Position numbers and translations under genes: made by a program
The notes under the pieces: model-generated
What the model saw: the letters and a program-made list of their open reading frames with translations, nothing else
What the model was told of the DNA's origin: nothing
The model's database searches: none
Assembly (NCBI GenBank): GCA_964016885.1
Contig: CAXHJY010000075.1
Coordinates: forward strand, 62,001 to 126,000
DNA from: Eledone cirrhosa
Taxonomy: Eukaryota
Direction of reading: 5' to 3'
DNA: 64,000 bases
In this document: positions 39,560 to 54,118 of the stretch, in pieces
Position numbering within the stretch: the first letter of the stretch is position 1
Layout of the letters: every line of letters begins with the position of its first letter

Positions 39560-39870
39560 TTAGAAAGTGAGGTTTTTTTTACAAAATGAAAAATAACCGA
39601 GGTGTCCTACACGAGTGAAAGTATAAAGAAAAACAGATGAAATCGAAAATGCAACTGGAGTCTTATTTTTTTTTTAAATATATATATTTATTTGGTTCCT
39701 TTACCGGTTTCTCACATCTGATGTGAGAAAAACCACAGACCCTCCATCTCAACTCTACTTTTGAAAAGCAGAAGAACTGCGAAACCGGTAAAGGAACCAA
39801 ATAAATATATATATTTAAAAAAAAAATAAGACTCCAGTTGCATTTTCGATTTCATCTCTTTTTCTTTATA
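39560..39870 (+). mobile_element. Short element with inverted segment and decayed HHR (39758-39793)
   Basis: ctt TTGAAAA gcag-aagaa-ctgc GAAA ccgg TA aag (two core substitutions); 39632-39710 is inverted relative to 39781-39858. Confidence 0.6.
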
Positions 39871-40467
39871 TATATATATATACACTCACACATACACACA
39901 CGCACACACAATCATATAAATAACAACATCCGTACGCATATACTCCCGCTATACATACGCACCCAAAGCGAACCCATAAAACTAAATACATACGCCTGCC
40001 TAGATGCCCACGTACATCAACTCACACACATGCATACGGGTATATCTACTCGTATACACAAACACGTACAGACATATACATAGACACGCACACGCACATA
40101 CACACTCGTGTACATATATACAGGCACAAAAATACCTTACACCTATAGGACAACATACCTCAACCACAGTGACATACTCCAATATGGCCGGGCTACACAC
40201 CCCCATACATGTGTACCTTTTCAATCGAGAATCCAGACTCTCCACGTATTCCATTTTGGAACACATATTATTTGTTCCGTATACAGGCCCAAGTGTACAT
40301 CTCATACTCTTCTTATGTACTATCTCATACGCATGCACGTCCCTTCTTTTTTTTATATATCTCTGTGATTATATGTATATTTTTAATATATTGTATATTT
40401 CTTTCTTCTGTGTGTATATATGTATGCGTATATGTATATATATATATATGTGTGTGTATATAAATAT

Positions 40468-41420
40468 ATATCATAAAATATGTCTTTAGAATCACTAGAT
40501 ATAATATATACCATTTCCTCTCCCAATTAGTATAATTAACCATATAAAAAATCAATTAGACCAAGCTATAAGAATAAAGGCTCCTATGAAGAAATCTCCG
40601 ACAAATAACCGAAAGCAGCTCCTTCGCGGTGGCTACAATAGATCATTTATCTAACATTTCAACAGCATGTAAAAATCGACCAGATATACAGTCAACTAAA
40701 CACAATTAGATGTAAAATTGAACTGAGAAGAATTGCGTACATACCTAATTACTTCTACCATGGTTTCATCCGTATTTTAAGACATCCGATAACAAGGAAT
40801 GTCCAGAGCTTCGGAATCATCAGGAGCGAGCTCAAAATAAGACATTTAATTTTCCAAAGTGATCGCGCCAAAAATACATTCAAAAATGGCTAAGAATCGT
40901 GACGTGGTAGCGGTCAAGTTAGAAAGGATGTGATTAGTTGCTTACGGCGGGTAGGCTTATTGCTAGAAAGCGCAGCCTAATACCGCCAAATTGTATCTCA
41001 ACCTAACGGGAGATTATTACATATAAAGATTTACATATATATATAAAGTCATAGATATATATGTGTTTTGCAACCGGTCACGTTGTGGCTCAATGAGGAA
41101 TTAATAAATAAAATAAAATAATCAGAGCTATATATCATAAAATATGTCTTTAGAATCACTAGATATAATATATACCATTTCCGCTCCCAATTAGTATAAT
41201 TAACCATATAAAAAATCAATTAGACCAAGCTATAAGAATAAAGGCTCCTATGAGGAATTGGTATATATTATATCTAGTGATTCTAAAGACATATTTTATT
41301 ATATATAGCTCTGATTATTTTATTTAATTTATTAATTTCTCATTGAGCCACAACGTGACCGGTTGCAAAACATATATATCTATGACTTTATATATATATG
41401 TAAATCTTTATATATATAAA
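40468..41420 (-). mobile_element. pLTR-like element with direct repeat, inverted segment and HHR (40752-40827)
   Basis: 40468-40590 repeats at 41132-41254; minus strand CUGAUGA u-uccg...cgga-u GAAA ccaugg UA; stem I weak. Confidence 0.6.
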
Positions 41421-41851
41421 TATATATATATATATGTGTATGTGTATGGATGGATGTATATGGTTATATTGTTTATATCTGTGCATGTTTACTACAAGAT
41501 ACATCCTTTAATGTATGACATCATATGTATATTTTAGTATATTGTAGGCTTTTTTACACATGTGTATGAATGTGTGTGTATGTACATATGTGTGTGTGTA
41601 TGTATATATATATATATGTGTGTGTATGGATGTATGTATATGCTTATATTGTTTATATCTGTGCTTGTGTATAACAAGATGCATCCTTTCATGTATGACC
41701 CCTTTGTATGTCCCCTTGTGTAGCTTTATATGACTTTGTGTGTATATCATATTTGTGTATAGACAGATATATGTATGTATGTATGTATCTTTGTAGACGT
41801 GCGCGAGCCTATAGGTAATGGGCGCATATTTGTAAGAGTGTATATGAGCCA

Positions 41852-41882
<31 letters not shown>

Positions 41883-42234
41883 TGCACCCACTGTAGGATA
41901 AGGGCTTTTTTGTGTGTATATATATGTATATATATATATATACATATGTATGTGTGTTTGCGAGCGAGTCTGTTTTTGTGCCTGTATATATATGAACACG
42001 TGTGTGCATGTGCGTGTCTATGTATATTTCTGTACGTGTTTGTGTATACGAGTAGATATACGCGTATGCATGTGTGTGCGCCTGTGTGCGTGTGTGTGTG
42101 TGAGAGTTGATGTACGTGGGAATGTAGGCAGGCGTCTGTGGACGCGTATGTCTATAGCTTTATGGGTTCTCTTTGGGTGCGTATGTATAGCGGGAGTATA
42201 TGCGTACGGATGTTGTTATTTATATGATTGAGTG

Positions 42235-42418
42235 GGCGGTGGATTGGCAGTATCGGTAGAGGGTCGGACGCCATGCTTTCCAGCATAGTTCCGTCCCTTT
42301 ACGATCTGAGTTCAAATCCCGCCGAGGTTGACTTTGCCTTTCATCCTTACGGGGTCGATAAAACAAAGTACCAGTAATGCACTGCGTATTTGCTGGACTT
42401 GTGTCTAAAGTAGAAACA
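42235..42418 (+). mobile_element. Full-length SINE with 20-bp TSD
   Basis: gttatttatatgattgagtg at 42215-42234 and 42419-42438. Confidence 0.92.
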
Positions 42419-42800
42419 GTTATTTATATGATTGAGTGTGAGTGTGTGTGTATAGATATATATATGTATGTGTGAGTGCGCGCGTGTACGTGTGAACTAC
42501 CAAACCCAGCAGGGATTCATTGAAGTGTGGCAGGGAAAAGGACAGCTGATGGTCAGTTTGACAGTACCTATTGGCCAAAATTTATGATGACGTAGAAGAA
42601 CAACAACCAATAGAAGGACGAGCGAAGAGGATGTTTTTTGACGCTAACACCCCAGTGAGAAAATTTGATCCGAAATTATTAGAAGTGTCCGACGAACCTG
42701 CAGAACCAGAATCAGACAGATCCACACAATGGTCGTGTCTCGAGCTGTCTGCCGGCGAAACAATTGTTACACACACTATATATATATATACACATATATA

Positions 42801-43278
42801 CTAGCCGAATTACCCGCGCCTTGATGCGTTTGTAAGAAAATGATGATTGATTTTAAATCAGTGATATAATTTATGAAGAAAAACTCTGCATTTCAATATT
42901 ACTCAATGTAAAATGTAATGCATGAAAAATTGGAAAACATTATTTTTTGTAATATATCAAATCAAAATTACATTATTAAATCTCATTCTTATTTTGTTTC
43001 TTGTAAAAAATTTTTTTCAAAATATCAATTCAAAACTTTTGTGAATAGGCATCATATATTGTCATTTACCTATGGTTTAAATTTCATATAAATCGAAGGG
43101 AAAACATTTTCAGTGGGGATTTGTGCTTCTGGGAACCCTTTGATTAAAATGAAATATACTTATCCAAGTACCCTGGGCAATGTAGTTTCAGAATATATAT
43201 GGTTATGGGGGTCTATCTCCAAAACCATAGGAGTAGTTCGTGAACAAACACAACCAACAAACCAAACATATATATAGA
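42801..43278 (-). mobile_element. Non-autonomous Helitron
   Basis: Minus strand starts TCtatata and ends gcgcgggtaattcggCTAG-t. Confidence 0.6.
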
Positions 43279-43450
43279 TAAGCTTTCTGAAGAAGTGTAA
43301 TAAATAATCAAGTATTGCATATGATTGAACAATATATATTGTAGTCAGTATATGTAGACTATCACAATAGGCACAGAAATATATGTTAAAGCCAATAAAT
43401 TCCTACTCTCTTTTCTCGCCGAAGTCTAAATTTTTCTTGGTGCAATATTT

Positions 43451-43481
<31 letters not shown>

Positions 43482-46400
43482 CTAACAGTTTAGCCCGGAG
43501 TTGAAACGTTACATGCAGGCAAACGTGGCTTGAAAGCGAATAAGCTTATCAATTAAGTGCATAAAGCAGTTGAACCGGTTATTAAAAGTTACGAACCAAT
43601 TAGCATGTTGGACAAAAATAATGATGGGTTAATAATCTTCCAATTGCGAATTTAGTAGACCAAAGTTGCAAGATGGTGGCCCTGATGCCGCTGGGTGTCA
43701 GATCTGTCCGCCATGGGTGACCCTACCAGGAAATAGTTTTCCAGACGGCATAGCTCCAACACCTCCAACACCTGCACCAACATTTATAGCACCTCTTTGC
43801 GTGTCATCCCTTGAGGAGTGTAAGCAAAAAGTCAATTCCTGCTCCCTATGCGGGAACAGGCAACATAAAGTTGGCCATGGTAGAAGCATGGCTCCCCCAA
43901 ATGGATGCCCGCCACCGACAATGTTTGCCCTTGTGACTTGTTAATGGACATGGCAAAACATGGTCTCACCGGGAATTGGGATCGCCGGAAATCGAACGGG
44001 ATATCTGACGGTGAGGGGAAAAGGTTCATCCTTGGAATGAAAACATTCTCCCCTCTCCCGCACCCCATTACAATGGTGGCCTCAATCAAGTGGAGCGTCA
44101 GTGACTTGACGACCATGCGAGTACCGTTGCACTGCTTTGGTGGATGCAAGTTCCTTATTAGCATAATGGGACAGCCAACCCGAAGCTTAAGAATGTGAGG
44201 TGGGAGCCCTGGGGAATCAAGGGAATTTAATAACTCAACCGAATAATTAACGATATCGTCGAGGTCTGACGTCCGGTCTATAGATTTGAAGATGTGTTCT
44301 TTACCGGGAATCTTCTCAATCAGCTGCTCGTTAATAAAATTAACCATGGTATTTTTCGGAGCAAAGATGGCTCTTTCGCTGAGCCAATCGAGGTTTTTAA
44401 AGTTAGATGAGACATTAGGAAAAACTGCTTCCCAAACGTCAGAAGGGCTGCTCACAATGTTGCACAGGGAGTCGATTGCTATGCCGCCCTTGTCATCCGC
44501 AGCGACCTTGCCCTCATCAAGTGCTAAAATGTTCTGAGCAAATGCTAAAGACATGTTGTCACCCTGCAAATGAGCACGCATATTTGTGTTCAGGTACAAA
44601 CTCTTCACCTGGAACCACAACATGGACGACTTAAGGCAGGCACGCACTTCATCAGCTCTTGTCCCTTTGGGGATGACAGGCAGCGTTTGTCAAAAATCCC
44701 CTGATAGCAGAAGGGTTACACCACCCATAGGAACCGTAGAATCCCTAATGTCTTTCGGGGACCTGTACAATGCCTCAAGGGCCTTGTGTGCCATTGTACA
44801 CTCATCCCAAACAATGAAGCAACATTTTTTGAGAACCAGAGCTTCTTGTGAACTCTTGCTGATATTGCATGTTGGTGTCTCAGTTTTTACTAAATCCAAG
44901 GGTAGTTTAAAGGTTGAATGTGCTGTCCTGCCTCCCGGCAGCAAAGTAGCAGCGATCCCGGACGATGCAACGGCCAACGCAATTTTTTTCTCCCGACGAA
45001 TCTTAGCGAGTATCAATTTCGTTACAAAAGTTTTTCCAGTACCCCCAGGAGCATCGAGAAAGTAAATACTCCCAGTCTGATTTTGAACCACGTCAATGAT
45101 AGTTAAATAGGCCAACCTTTGGTCCGACAGAAGTTTAGGCCCATTTTCCTCTAATTATTGGGAAAGAGATTCGATGTCATATTCTGTTTCCCGCAACAAA
45201 TCCGGGGCCAACGTGTTAGCTTCCTCTCTGACGGTTGATGGCAAGCCATACGTCGCCAACTCACTCCCACCCAGGAGGGCGTCCTCGATATCAATGAGTG
45301 CCCTGTTGTAGATAATGTCACTGTAACCAACTTCCACTGAAGGATACTGCAGATGAGCCAGGCGCAGGAAATCCTCAGACATGAAGTCTCTGTAATTGAC
45401 CCATAAAGATTTGGGATCACCCAATTCACACTTTTGAAGCAAAATGGCAAAGAGTTTCCGTAGACCTTTAGGTGATTTCAACAAAGCACCCTCTGCTAAA
45501 GTGGAATCCCATTGCGAATCATCTTCTAAAAGACCACGCTTAAAGCAGGCTTCCCGGTACGTATCACATATTTCTCCATCAACAGTTTTGAGGTCCTGAA
45601 AACTTTGTGCGCCTACAACTTCATGCAGAAGAAGGCGGAGATGAAAGCACTCATGCTGACTTGGGGGCACAGTGTAAACCCTTCCAAGACAGCTGTCAAA
45701 TTTAACACCAGGATGTCTTTCAACAGCCTGAACTGACTTTCTTCGCACCCAAGTGTTTTTCGACCATATAAAGTAGGATGGAACCTGGGGGTACACAATT
45801 GTTTGCGCAAATGTATCGAACTGGCAAAGTTTGAAGAAACCCGTCAGAGTGGTCTCTTTCGGATCGGCGACCAACTTGGTGGCGGTTTGGTCCGTAAAGT
45901 AAACCCTTTGCCCATTTTCCAAATGTACCACAAGCTGTTCGATGGCGGGGTGCCGTTGGTGTAGGGGTAAACCAAATAGGCGCCAAAAAGCTTTATTGCT
46001 ACTGATGTACCGCCCCGCCAGGTATTCTGTGACCTCGTCCCTGCTATTTTCAGCTTCAACGCGAACATTGTGGCATCAGAGCCCTTATTTACATATTTGT
46101 ATATGTATTTTATCGACTTGACGAAGATCCAAAACTCAACGTTGATGTGGGCGTTGAACATCTTCCAGAGAAGCGGGCAGTAAGGGACCACCCATCTATT
46201 GTCGACTTGACCTCCCCTCACTGTTGTGGTGAAGCCACCGTTCTCGGGCCGTCTCCGCCTGTACAGGGGGTACCCGTCGCCACCAGTCTGAGTCTGGCCA
46301 ACAAATTATTTTGGGTATCCCTTACTGCACGACCCCCCTTCAGACACGTGTGATGCACATTAGGACCCGACGCACACGGACCATGTTAGCTTTGACGATG

Positions 46401-47018
46401 TCATGTAATTTCTGGTCAGTTGCTGGGTTAGGGATTTCAGCCGAAATGAAGCTGTCTATGGCATTTGAATTGATTTTATCAGCTAACCAAATCAAAATGT
46501 GAGCACGTGCCAGCCCTCGTTTTTGCCATTCGACGGTGAACATGTCACATTTTACAGGCCCAAATACCTGACTTTTTTTTATTAAAGCCATGAGTTTAGC
46601 CAGTTTCAGTCTGAACACTCTGGCAATAATTTTTCCCAGGAAAAAGTTCACGGGTTACATTCCGATTCATAGGTCTATAGCATTAATCTGTTATATGAAG
46701 TGTTATTTTGCGGGTTGTTATTTGCAATAAGCCGATTGAAAATGCCCCAGATAAGCCGTATGCTCCACTGCAGTGTTGTCATATAGGGAGTGAAGAGCGA
46801 CAGAGAGAGTAAAGCAGTTAAATTATAGAGAGGGAGAATGATCTTGATCGAATTTTGCCCTTATTGTTGATGGATTTGAAATCTTATTGTTTTGCTTCAT
46901 AACCATTTCCTGACCAAAAGCAATAATTGTCCCGACTTTGAATAGAATCAGTTGGAAATTGTGGACGTGCATACGTTACAAACCTTAACACACACATCCT
47001 CAGCTTTATATATATAGA
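43482..47018 (-). mobile_element. Helitron A, defective RepHel lacking its N-terminal part
   Basis: VEWQKRGL..HILIW, KYIYKYVNKG, FLDAPGGTGKT, WDECTM, GDF, AMSINKSQGQT, HGQLYVACSR across ORFs 46651-43832; 5' TC at 47018, 3' end ...ccgggctaaactgTTAG. Confidence 0.9.
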
Positions 47019-47029
47019 TATATATAATA

Positions 47030-50000
47030 CTAGCAGAAGTGCCCGGTGTTGCTCGGAGTTTAATTACTTTAAAGTACTTTTAATGATTTCACTCAATTAT
47101 GAATATTAAGGCATTGAAAGTAAATACAATATATAAAATATATAATAGCATCTACTCATTATATGCCAGACCGGCAAGACTGCAGTGGTGCTGAATAGAG
47201 GAGTCACAACACCTCTATGTAGACCACATTTTTTGTTCTGCCTTTGGGCGCAAGTATGAATAAGTTCTGCTTGCATCCCATTCTTGAGCATGCGACGTAT
47301 AATTGGCCGTGTGAGAAGCACGGCTGGGCTAAATGCAGGCCTGCCGTTGATAGTGTTTGGCCTTGGGACTTGTTGATTGACATCGCGAAGCAAAGTTTAA
47401 CGGGGAATTGAGGTCGGCGCAGAGTACAGGGGCATTCCGTACCTGATGGATTTAATGGTATTCTGGGTATGAAGACGTTTTCTCCAGCGTCACAGCCCGT
47501 GAGAATTGTGGCTTCAATTACATGCGGCAGGAGGTTTCCTACCACTAACCGTGTTCCATTGCAGAGACGTGGTGGTTCCAGGTTCCTCAACAGCATGACT
47601 GGGGTCCCAGCTTTGACGCGCAGTTCATGAGGTGGCAGTCCAGAGAGGTCCAAGGAATTGAAGAATTCTGTTGGAAATTCGTCAACCTCATCTTTGTCCA
47701 CCACTTTGTCCACAGATTTGTAGGTACGGAGGTTTCTAGGAATGCGTTGCAGAAGGTCCTCATTGATTTTTGCAGCTGAGACATTTTTGGGAGCCAATAT
47801 GGCTCTATCGCATAGCCAACTCGTGTTTTTGTAGTTGGTCGCCATATCGGGAAAGACAGAGGCTGTGAGGTCGTCAACAGTGTCGACAACGGTGCTTACT
47901 TGCGAGACTGCCATTTCTGCAGCTGCATCTGAAGGTGCAGTGCCGTCACCAACTGTTAAGAGGTCCTTTGAGAAGTCGGCTGCTGAGTGGCCGCCGAGCC
48001 GTTGGGCTCTCATGTTTGTTGTGAGGGTCAGGATTGTCACTTCCTGCCACAGGGGAGATGACTTAATGCAAGCCCCCACAGTGTCGGCCCTGGTGGCTTT
48101 TGGAACAACTGGAAGTGTTTGTCGAAAATCGCCAGACAGCAGTAGAGGTACTCCTCCCATCGGCCGGTTGCATTCCCTGATGTCTCGTAGGGTCCTGTCT
48201 AACGCCTCAAGGGACCCTTTATGGGCCATTGTGCATTCGTCCCGCACAATTAGGTGACATATTTTCAAGACTTCAGCTTTGTCAGAGTCCTTGGTGATGT
48301 TGCAGGTTATCGTGTCGTCTGAAGTCGTGTTGAATGGCAGTTTAAATGCGGAATGAGCTGTCCTACCTCCGAGCAGCAGAGTTGCAATGCCAGAAGAAGC
48401 CACAACCAGGGCGATTCCTTTCTGCTGTCGCACCTTGGCGAGGAGGAGTTTATTGACGAATGTTTTACCAGTTCCTCCTGGGGCGTCCAAAAAGAAGATA
48501 CCTCCTCTGCGTTGACGAATGGAAGTGCAAACTGTGTCATACGCCTGCCGTTGGGCCCGCAACAGTTTCGGCTCGTTTTCGTTGATGAACAGTTCGAGGG
48601 CGTGGACGTCGTAGGCAGTTTCCTGAATTATGCCCGTTGGAGGTTTGTCGGAGCCCGTTCGCTGAACTTTTAGCAGTCTATATAATGGAAGGTCATTTCC
48701 GCCGGCAGTTAGGATTTTGTCCTCGATGTCAATGAGAGCTTTGTTGAAGAATTCGTCGCTGAGTCGTACGTCGGAATGAGGGAGTAGCAGTTGTCCTTGG
48801 TGTATGTAGTCATCGGAAAGGTCCTCTTTGTATTTGTCCCATAAGGATGCAGGGTCGCTTAACTCGCATGTCTGCAGTAACACCGCAAAGAGTTGCCGAA
48901 GAGTTCGCGCTGAGCGTATTGTAGCTGCCTCTGCCAATGTCGCATCCCACTGAGCGCCATCTTCCAGTAGACCCCGTCTAAAGCAGGGTGCGCGGAATGA
49001 AGTACAAGGCTCTCCGTTGATTGTTTTCAGATCGTCGAAAGATGTCGGTCCTACCACGCCATGCAGTAGAAGACGGAGATAAAAGCATTCCTGTTGGTTA
49101 GGATGAATGGCGTACACTCTCCCAAGGGTAGGGGACATTTTAATGTCTGGATGTCCCTCGACGGGTTGTCCTTTCGCCCTTCTTAACCAAATTCTGTTGT
49201 CTGTGTTTCATGTGTAGTATGATGGCACCCGAGAGTAGAAGATGGTCTTGGCGAAGGGATCGTTTCGGCATAACTTAAAAAATGCCGTAAGTGTGGTGTC
49301 TTTGTGTTCCTCTTCTATCTCAGCAGCGGTGGGGGCGGTGAAGTAGACTCTTTTACCGTTTTCAATGTGCACCGCCAACTGTTTGATTGGGGGGTAGTTA
49401 TGGTGTATTGCAAAGTGGAAGAATCGCCAGAACGCTTCATTGCTGCTGATGTATCGGCCGACCTGGTATCGAGTTACTTCGTCTTGGTTGTTCTCCATTG
49501 TAAAACCAAACGACGCAGCATCGGACCCCTTATTGATATACTTGCAGACGTACTTTATCGATTTGACAGAGTGGCAGTATTCAACGTTAATGTGGGCGTT
49601 AAACAATTTAAGCAGAAGTGGGCAGTAGGGTACAATCCACCGGTTGTCGACGTTGTGATGTGGTGTTTTCGCAACAATTCCTCCGTCCGCTGGCTCCCTG
49701 CGGCGGTATAATGGATAACCATCGCCACCTGTCTGAGTTTCTCGGAGGAATGGCCTAGGATACCTCTTGGTGCACCTTCTTTCTTTAATGCATGGAGAAT
49801 TCATGTTGAAACCGTTTCCGCATGGCCCATGAACCATGTGAGCAGTGACGATGTTGCGGAGTTCTCTGTCCAATTTTGGGTCGGGTATTTCTGCTGAAAT
49901 GATGCTGTCAATGCTGCTTGCGTTGATTTTCGTTATCAGCCAAATGAGTAGGTGAGCGTGTGGCAGGCCTCTCTTTTCCCACTCAACGGTGTATACGTAG

Positions 50001-52835
50001 CACCTAACAGGTCCAAAGGCCTTACCTGATTTTAGGATTTCAATAAGTTTTGTCAACTTCAAGTGAAAGACTCGTGCCGTAAGATCGTGTCTGTCTGACG
50101 CCCTTTGTCCGGGGAATAATTCCGCGGTAATTTCATTCCACTTAGGGTTGCATGTTGAAGTGATGAAGAGATCCGGTCTGCCGTAGAGACGCACGTACGT
50201 CATAGCATCCTGTGTGCGTTCACTCATGTATCGGGGACTCCCAATGAAGGTCCACGGAAGGATACAATGTTTTCCTAGGTTCTCGGGATCGACGTCATTC
50301 TTTACTCCATCCCGTAAGTGAATGTAGCTGTCCGAACGAAGGCATGCTTGATTGTTCCTTTGTAGCACAGCCTTTCAGATTCCATCTTTGCACACGCGTC
50401 TACAGCAAGCTGGTTGAAGATTACTCTTGCACGGTGGAGTTGGTTAAAGCAGCATTTTCGGACCATGAATTGGTAGGTGTAGAATTGCATAGAGGAAAGT
50501 TTTGTTGCTGTTGCACAAAGGAATTCCAAAGTGGTATCCGTCGTCACCGAATGGGAAAAGTAGGGAATATTGGAATGCGTCGTAAGACCTATGCGTCTCG
50601 CTGATCCGTTGCAGACTATTGTCCCTACACTGAAGCATGATGTCCCGCTTGTTGTACTGTTCTCCATGAAGAAGCACAGCTATTTCATTGCACGTGGGAG
50701 TGTTAAAACGTCTGGCGTGGGTGCCTGGTGGTTTCCTGTTAGCGTCGATTATAACAGCAAAGTTTGGCAACGGAGCAGCCTCCAATGCGCGTTTAAAACT
50801 GCGAATGTAGTTGTTGTTTTCGGGCAGCATTCTCTGGAGTTGCAACAGAATTTTCATCTCTGTGCCAGGCTAAATGAAAGCGCGTCGTTCCGCTTGGTCC
50901 AAATAGTCAGTGACAAAATATAGCTGTGGGAACTGAGGCTGTCCGTCTGTCGTGGGCAGTAGCGAACCGATTCTGTGGTAAATTTGTCCTTGAACTTTAA
51001 AGGTAGGCATGAAGCTGTCCTCGCGTATGATGTTAGCTCCGAAAAAGGTCATTTGGAAGGCAGCGTTGTATTTCCTGGAACATCGAAGGAAGTGTTCCGA
51101 CTCCGCTGTGGCACCGGTCAGTAGAGACTTCAAAGGTTGTGGTGGTTCCTGTAGAGGAGGCAGTTTCACTTTGCCGTCAGAGCAGCACATCCCTGAAGTC
51201 TCCCCAGGCCATTTTTTTGCCCGACAATATTGGCAAATGACAGACATGGATCCAATCTGAACTTCTGGCATCAGTGCATAGTTTACTGTTGGGTCATAGT
51301 GGAAAGTCTTATGAGACCACTGAGTGCAACTAATCCTCTGTGTACCTGCGGAGTGCGTTGGCGTTTAGTCTTTGTAATTGAATTTGCGCAGTCTCTGATG
51401 CGCGAACGGAAGCTGTTGAAGCGGCGTCCGTACGTTGACGTCTGGAACGCTGCCCTTCGTCCTCGGCAGCACGTGACGCAGCAGTTGAGGTGGCATCTCT
51501 TCGTCGTCGACTGTAACGGTGTTCTTCGTCCTCACCGTCACGTGCCGCAGTGGTGGAGGCCGCATTTGTGCTTCGTCATCGAGAATGTTGTTCATCAGTT
51601 TGCGCTGCACGTGCAACTGCAGTTACAAATGCATTTCCGGAAAGGCAGAAGCTCCTCTTTTTTCTGTCTCGGTTGCCCAGGTAATTGCATTTCGAGTTGC
51701 ATTTTGTGACAACCGAGTTAACTTTTCTACGGACAACTCTGTAGCTCTTCTTCGTTTGGCAGCAGAAGCAGCTTTAGTTTGGCGACTAAGTCGTGGTCTT
51801 TTTGGGGGTGGCATGACCGTAGATTCAAAGAATGTGTTTGGTAGCTAAAATTTTCAAATGAACTTTGAATTAGTTTAAAGTGAGTACTATATTGTAGCAG
51901 GATCGAACACGTAAATATTTATGCAGAAAATGGAGTATGAAAGGGGGAGTAGCCAAAACTTTCAATTGAACGGTGAGTAAGTGGAAAGTGAGTACTAAGT
52001 AAGATCTATGAAGAATGCACGTCAAATAATAGGTCAAACCTGTAAGCCAAGCCTGTCTGAGTTATAGCACAAAAGAGCGTAAACAGGGCGTTATTTTGGA
52101 GCACACTGGAAAATAAATCATCGAAATCGGACGTTCGTTAAAAAAGTTTTCTCATTAATTTTTTGTCTCATATTGAGAAAAACAAAGAAAGAAAAATTAC
52201 AAAAAGGACAACAATAAAATATGTCTTTGTTGAGATTCAAGTAAATGAACGCTTAAGCGTCGTTATTGTTACGTTTGTTGTTTTATAAATTCATCTGTTG
52301 CTTTTGAATATTTGTTATTTGATGTAAAATGTAACGTTGAGAGAGCAGTATGTATTTAGTGTTATCGGCTTTTTAAATTTTGATATTTGATGTATGACGA
52401 ACGAAGAGGGTGAATGATCTATTAGAGAGAGAGAAGATTTGTCGTTGTTCTAAACTGTAATGGAGACGGAGGCAGTAACCTTTTAAAGAGAGTTGCAGAA
52501 GCGATTGAGGGTAGTGAGAGGAATGAAGGGTGTAAGAGAGAGGGTTATCAAAGTTTGTGTCGCGTTCCTTCAGAGACGGAGGCAATAACCTTTTAAAGAG
52601 AGTTGCGGAGGAGATTGAGGGTAGTGAGAGGAATGAAGCGTGTAAGAGAGAGGGTTACAGCATGTATTTAGTTTTATCGATTTTTTTTCATAGAAGCAGG
52701 AAATGTTTGGCAAAAGTAATTACGCGTTGACCTGCCCCGATCAATTTGGAGCACATTGCAAAGAAATCATTAAAATCGGTAGAGAAATGTGGAAATGCAT
52801 AAAAATCATACACACACACAGACAGACATCTACCG

Positions 52836-52840
<5 letters not shown>
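47030..52840 (-). mobile_element. Helitron B, near full length
   Basis: 3' ccgagcaacaccgggcacttctgCTAG-t; RepHel coding 51814-47204; 5' end merges into (TA)n. Confidence 0.93.
47204..51814 (-). pseudogene. Helitron RepHel (Zn finger, HUH Rep, PIF1-like helicase) with several stops and frameshifts
   Basis: CQYC..MCCSDG; PDLFITSTCNPKW, VEWEKRGLPHAH, KYVCKYINKG; DAPGGTGKT, DECTM, GDFRQTLPV, INKSQGQT, HGQLYVACSR. Confidence 0.93.
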
Positions 52841-53162
<322 letters not shown>

Positions 53163-53404
53163 GAAAGGTATATAAAACACTGCAGCGAAAAGCGAACAGC
53201 ATTCCATAATATATAAGTGACTATAGCGTCAAAATGGAAAAAATAGTTAACGTAAGATGTGGGAAAAATAATTTAAACTCATCTTAAAGAGAATCAGGAC
53301 ATAAATTCATCCACAGAATTTAGTGAAATTCAGGGAAAAATCAATAGAGCCTTAACTCATGATAAAATAAAGTTCAAGATACCTATCCTTCAATTTGGAA
53401 AAAC

Positions 53405-53947
<543 letters not shown>

Positions 53948-53949
53948 AA

Positions 53950-54105
53950 TGAGGACGTTTGTTTATTATACGGTGGCAATGGAAAATGTTAAGTTATATT
54001 TTGACGTTTAAAGGCATTTTTATGGACCACGTCCAATATTTGCTGTTTTTCACTCTACGCGGATGGTCTAGGAACGCAACCCCTGCGAATAACGGGGGAC
54101 AACTG
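53950..54105. mobile_element. Possible Tc1/mariner (pogo/Tigger-like) terminal fragment
   Basis: Reverse complement TA-cagttgtcccccgttattcgc resembles such TIRs; no partner end found. Confidence 0.35.
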
Positions 54106-54118
54106 TATATATATATAT

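Larger units (their letters stand above)
39365..42570. mobile_element. Non-autonomous long-TIR (foldback/MULE-like) element with nested insertions
   Basis: Ends taggtactgtc.aactgaccatcagctgtcc and its reverse complement; inner arms ~39880-40140 and ~41890-42235 are also inverted; no TSD seen. Confidence 0.65.

Noticed and set aside
42571-42804. 77-aa ORF MAKIYDDVEEQQ...
   Set aside because: No recognisable homology; starts at an element junction and ends in (TA)n
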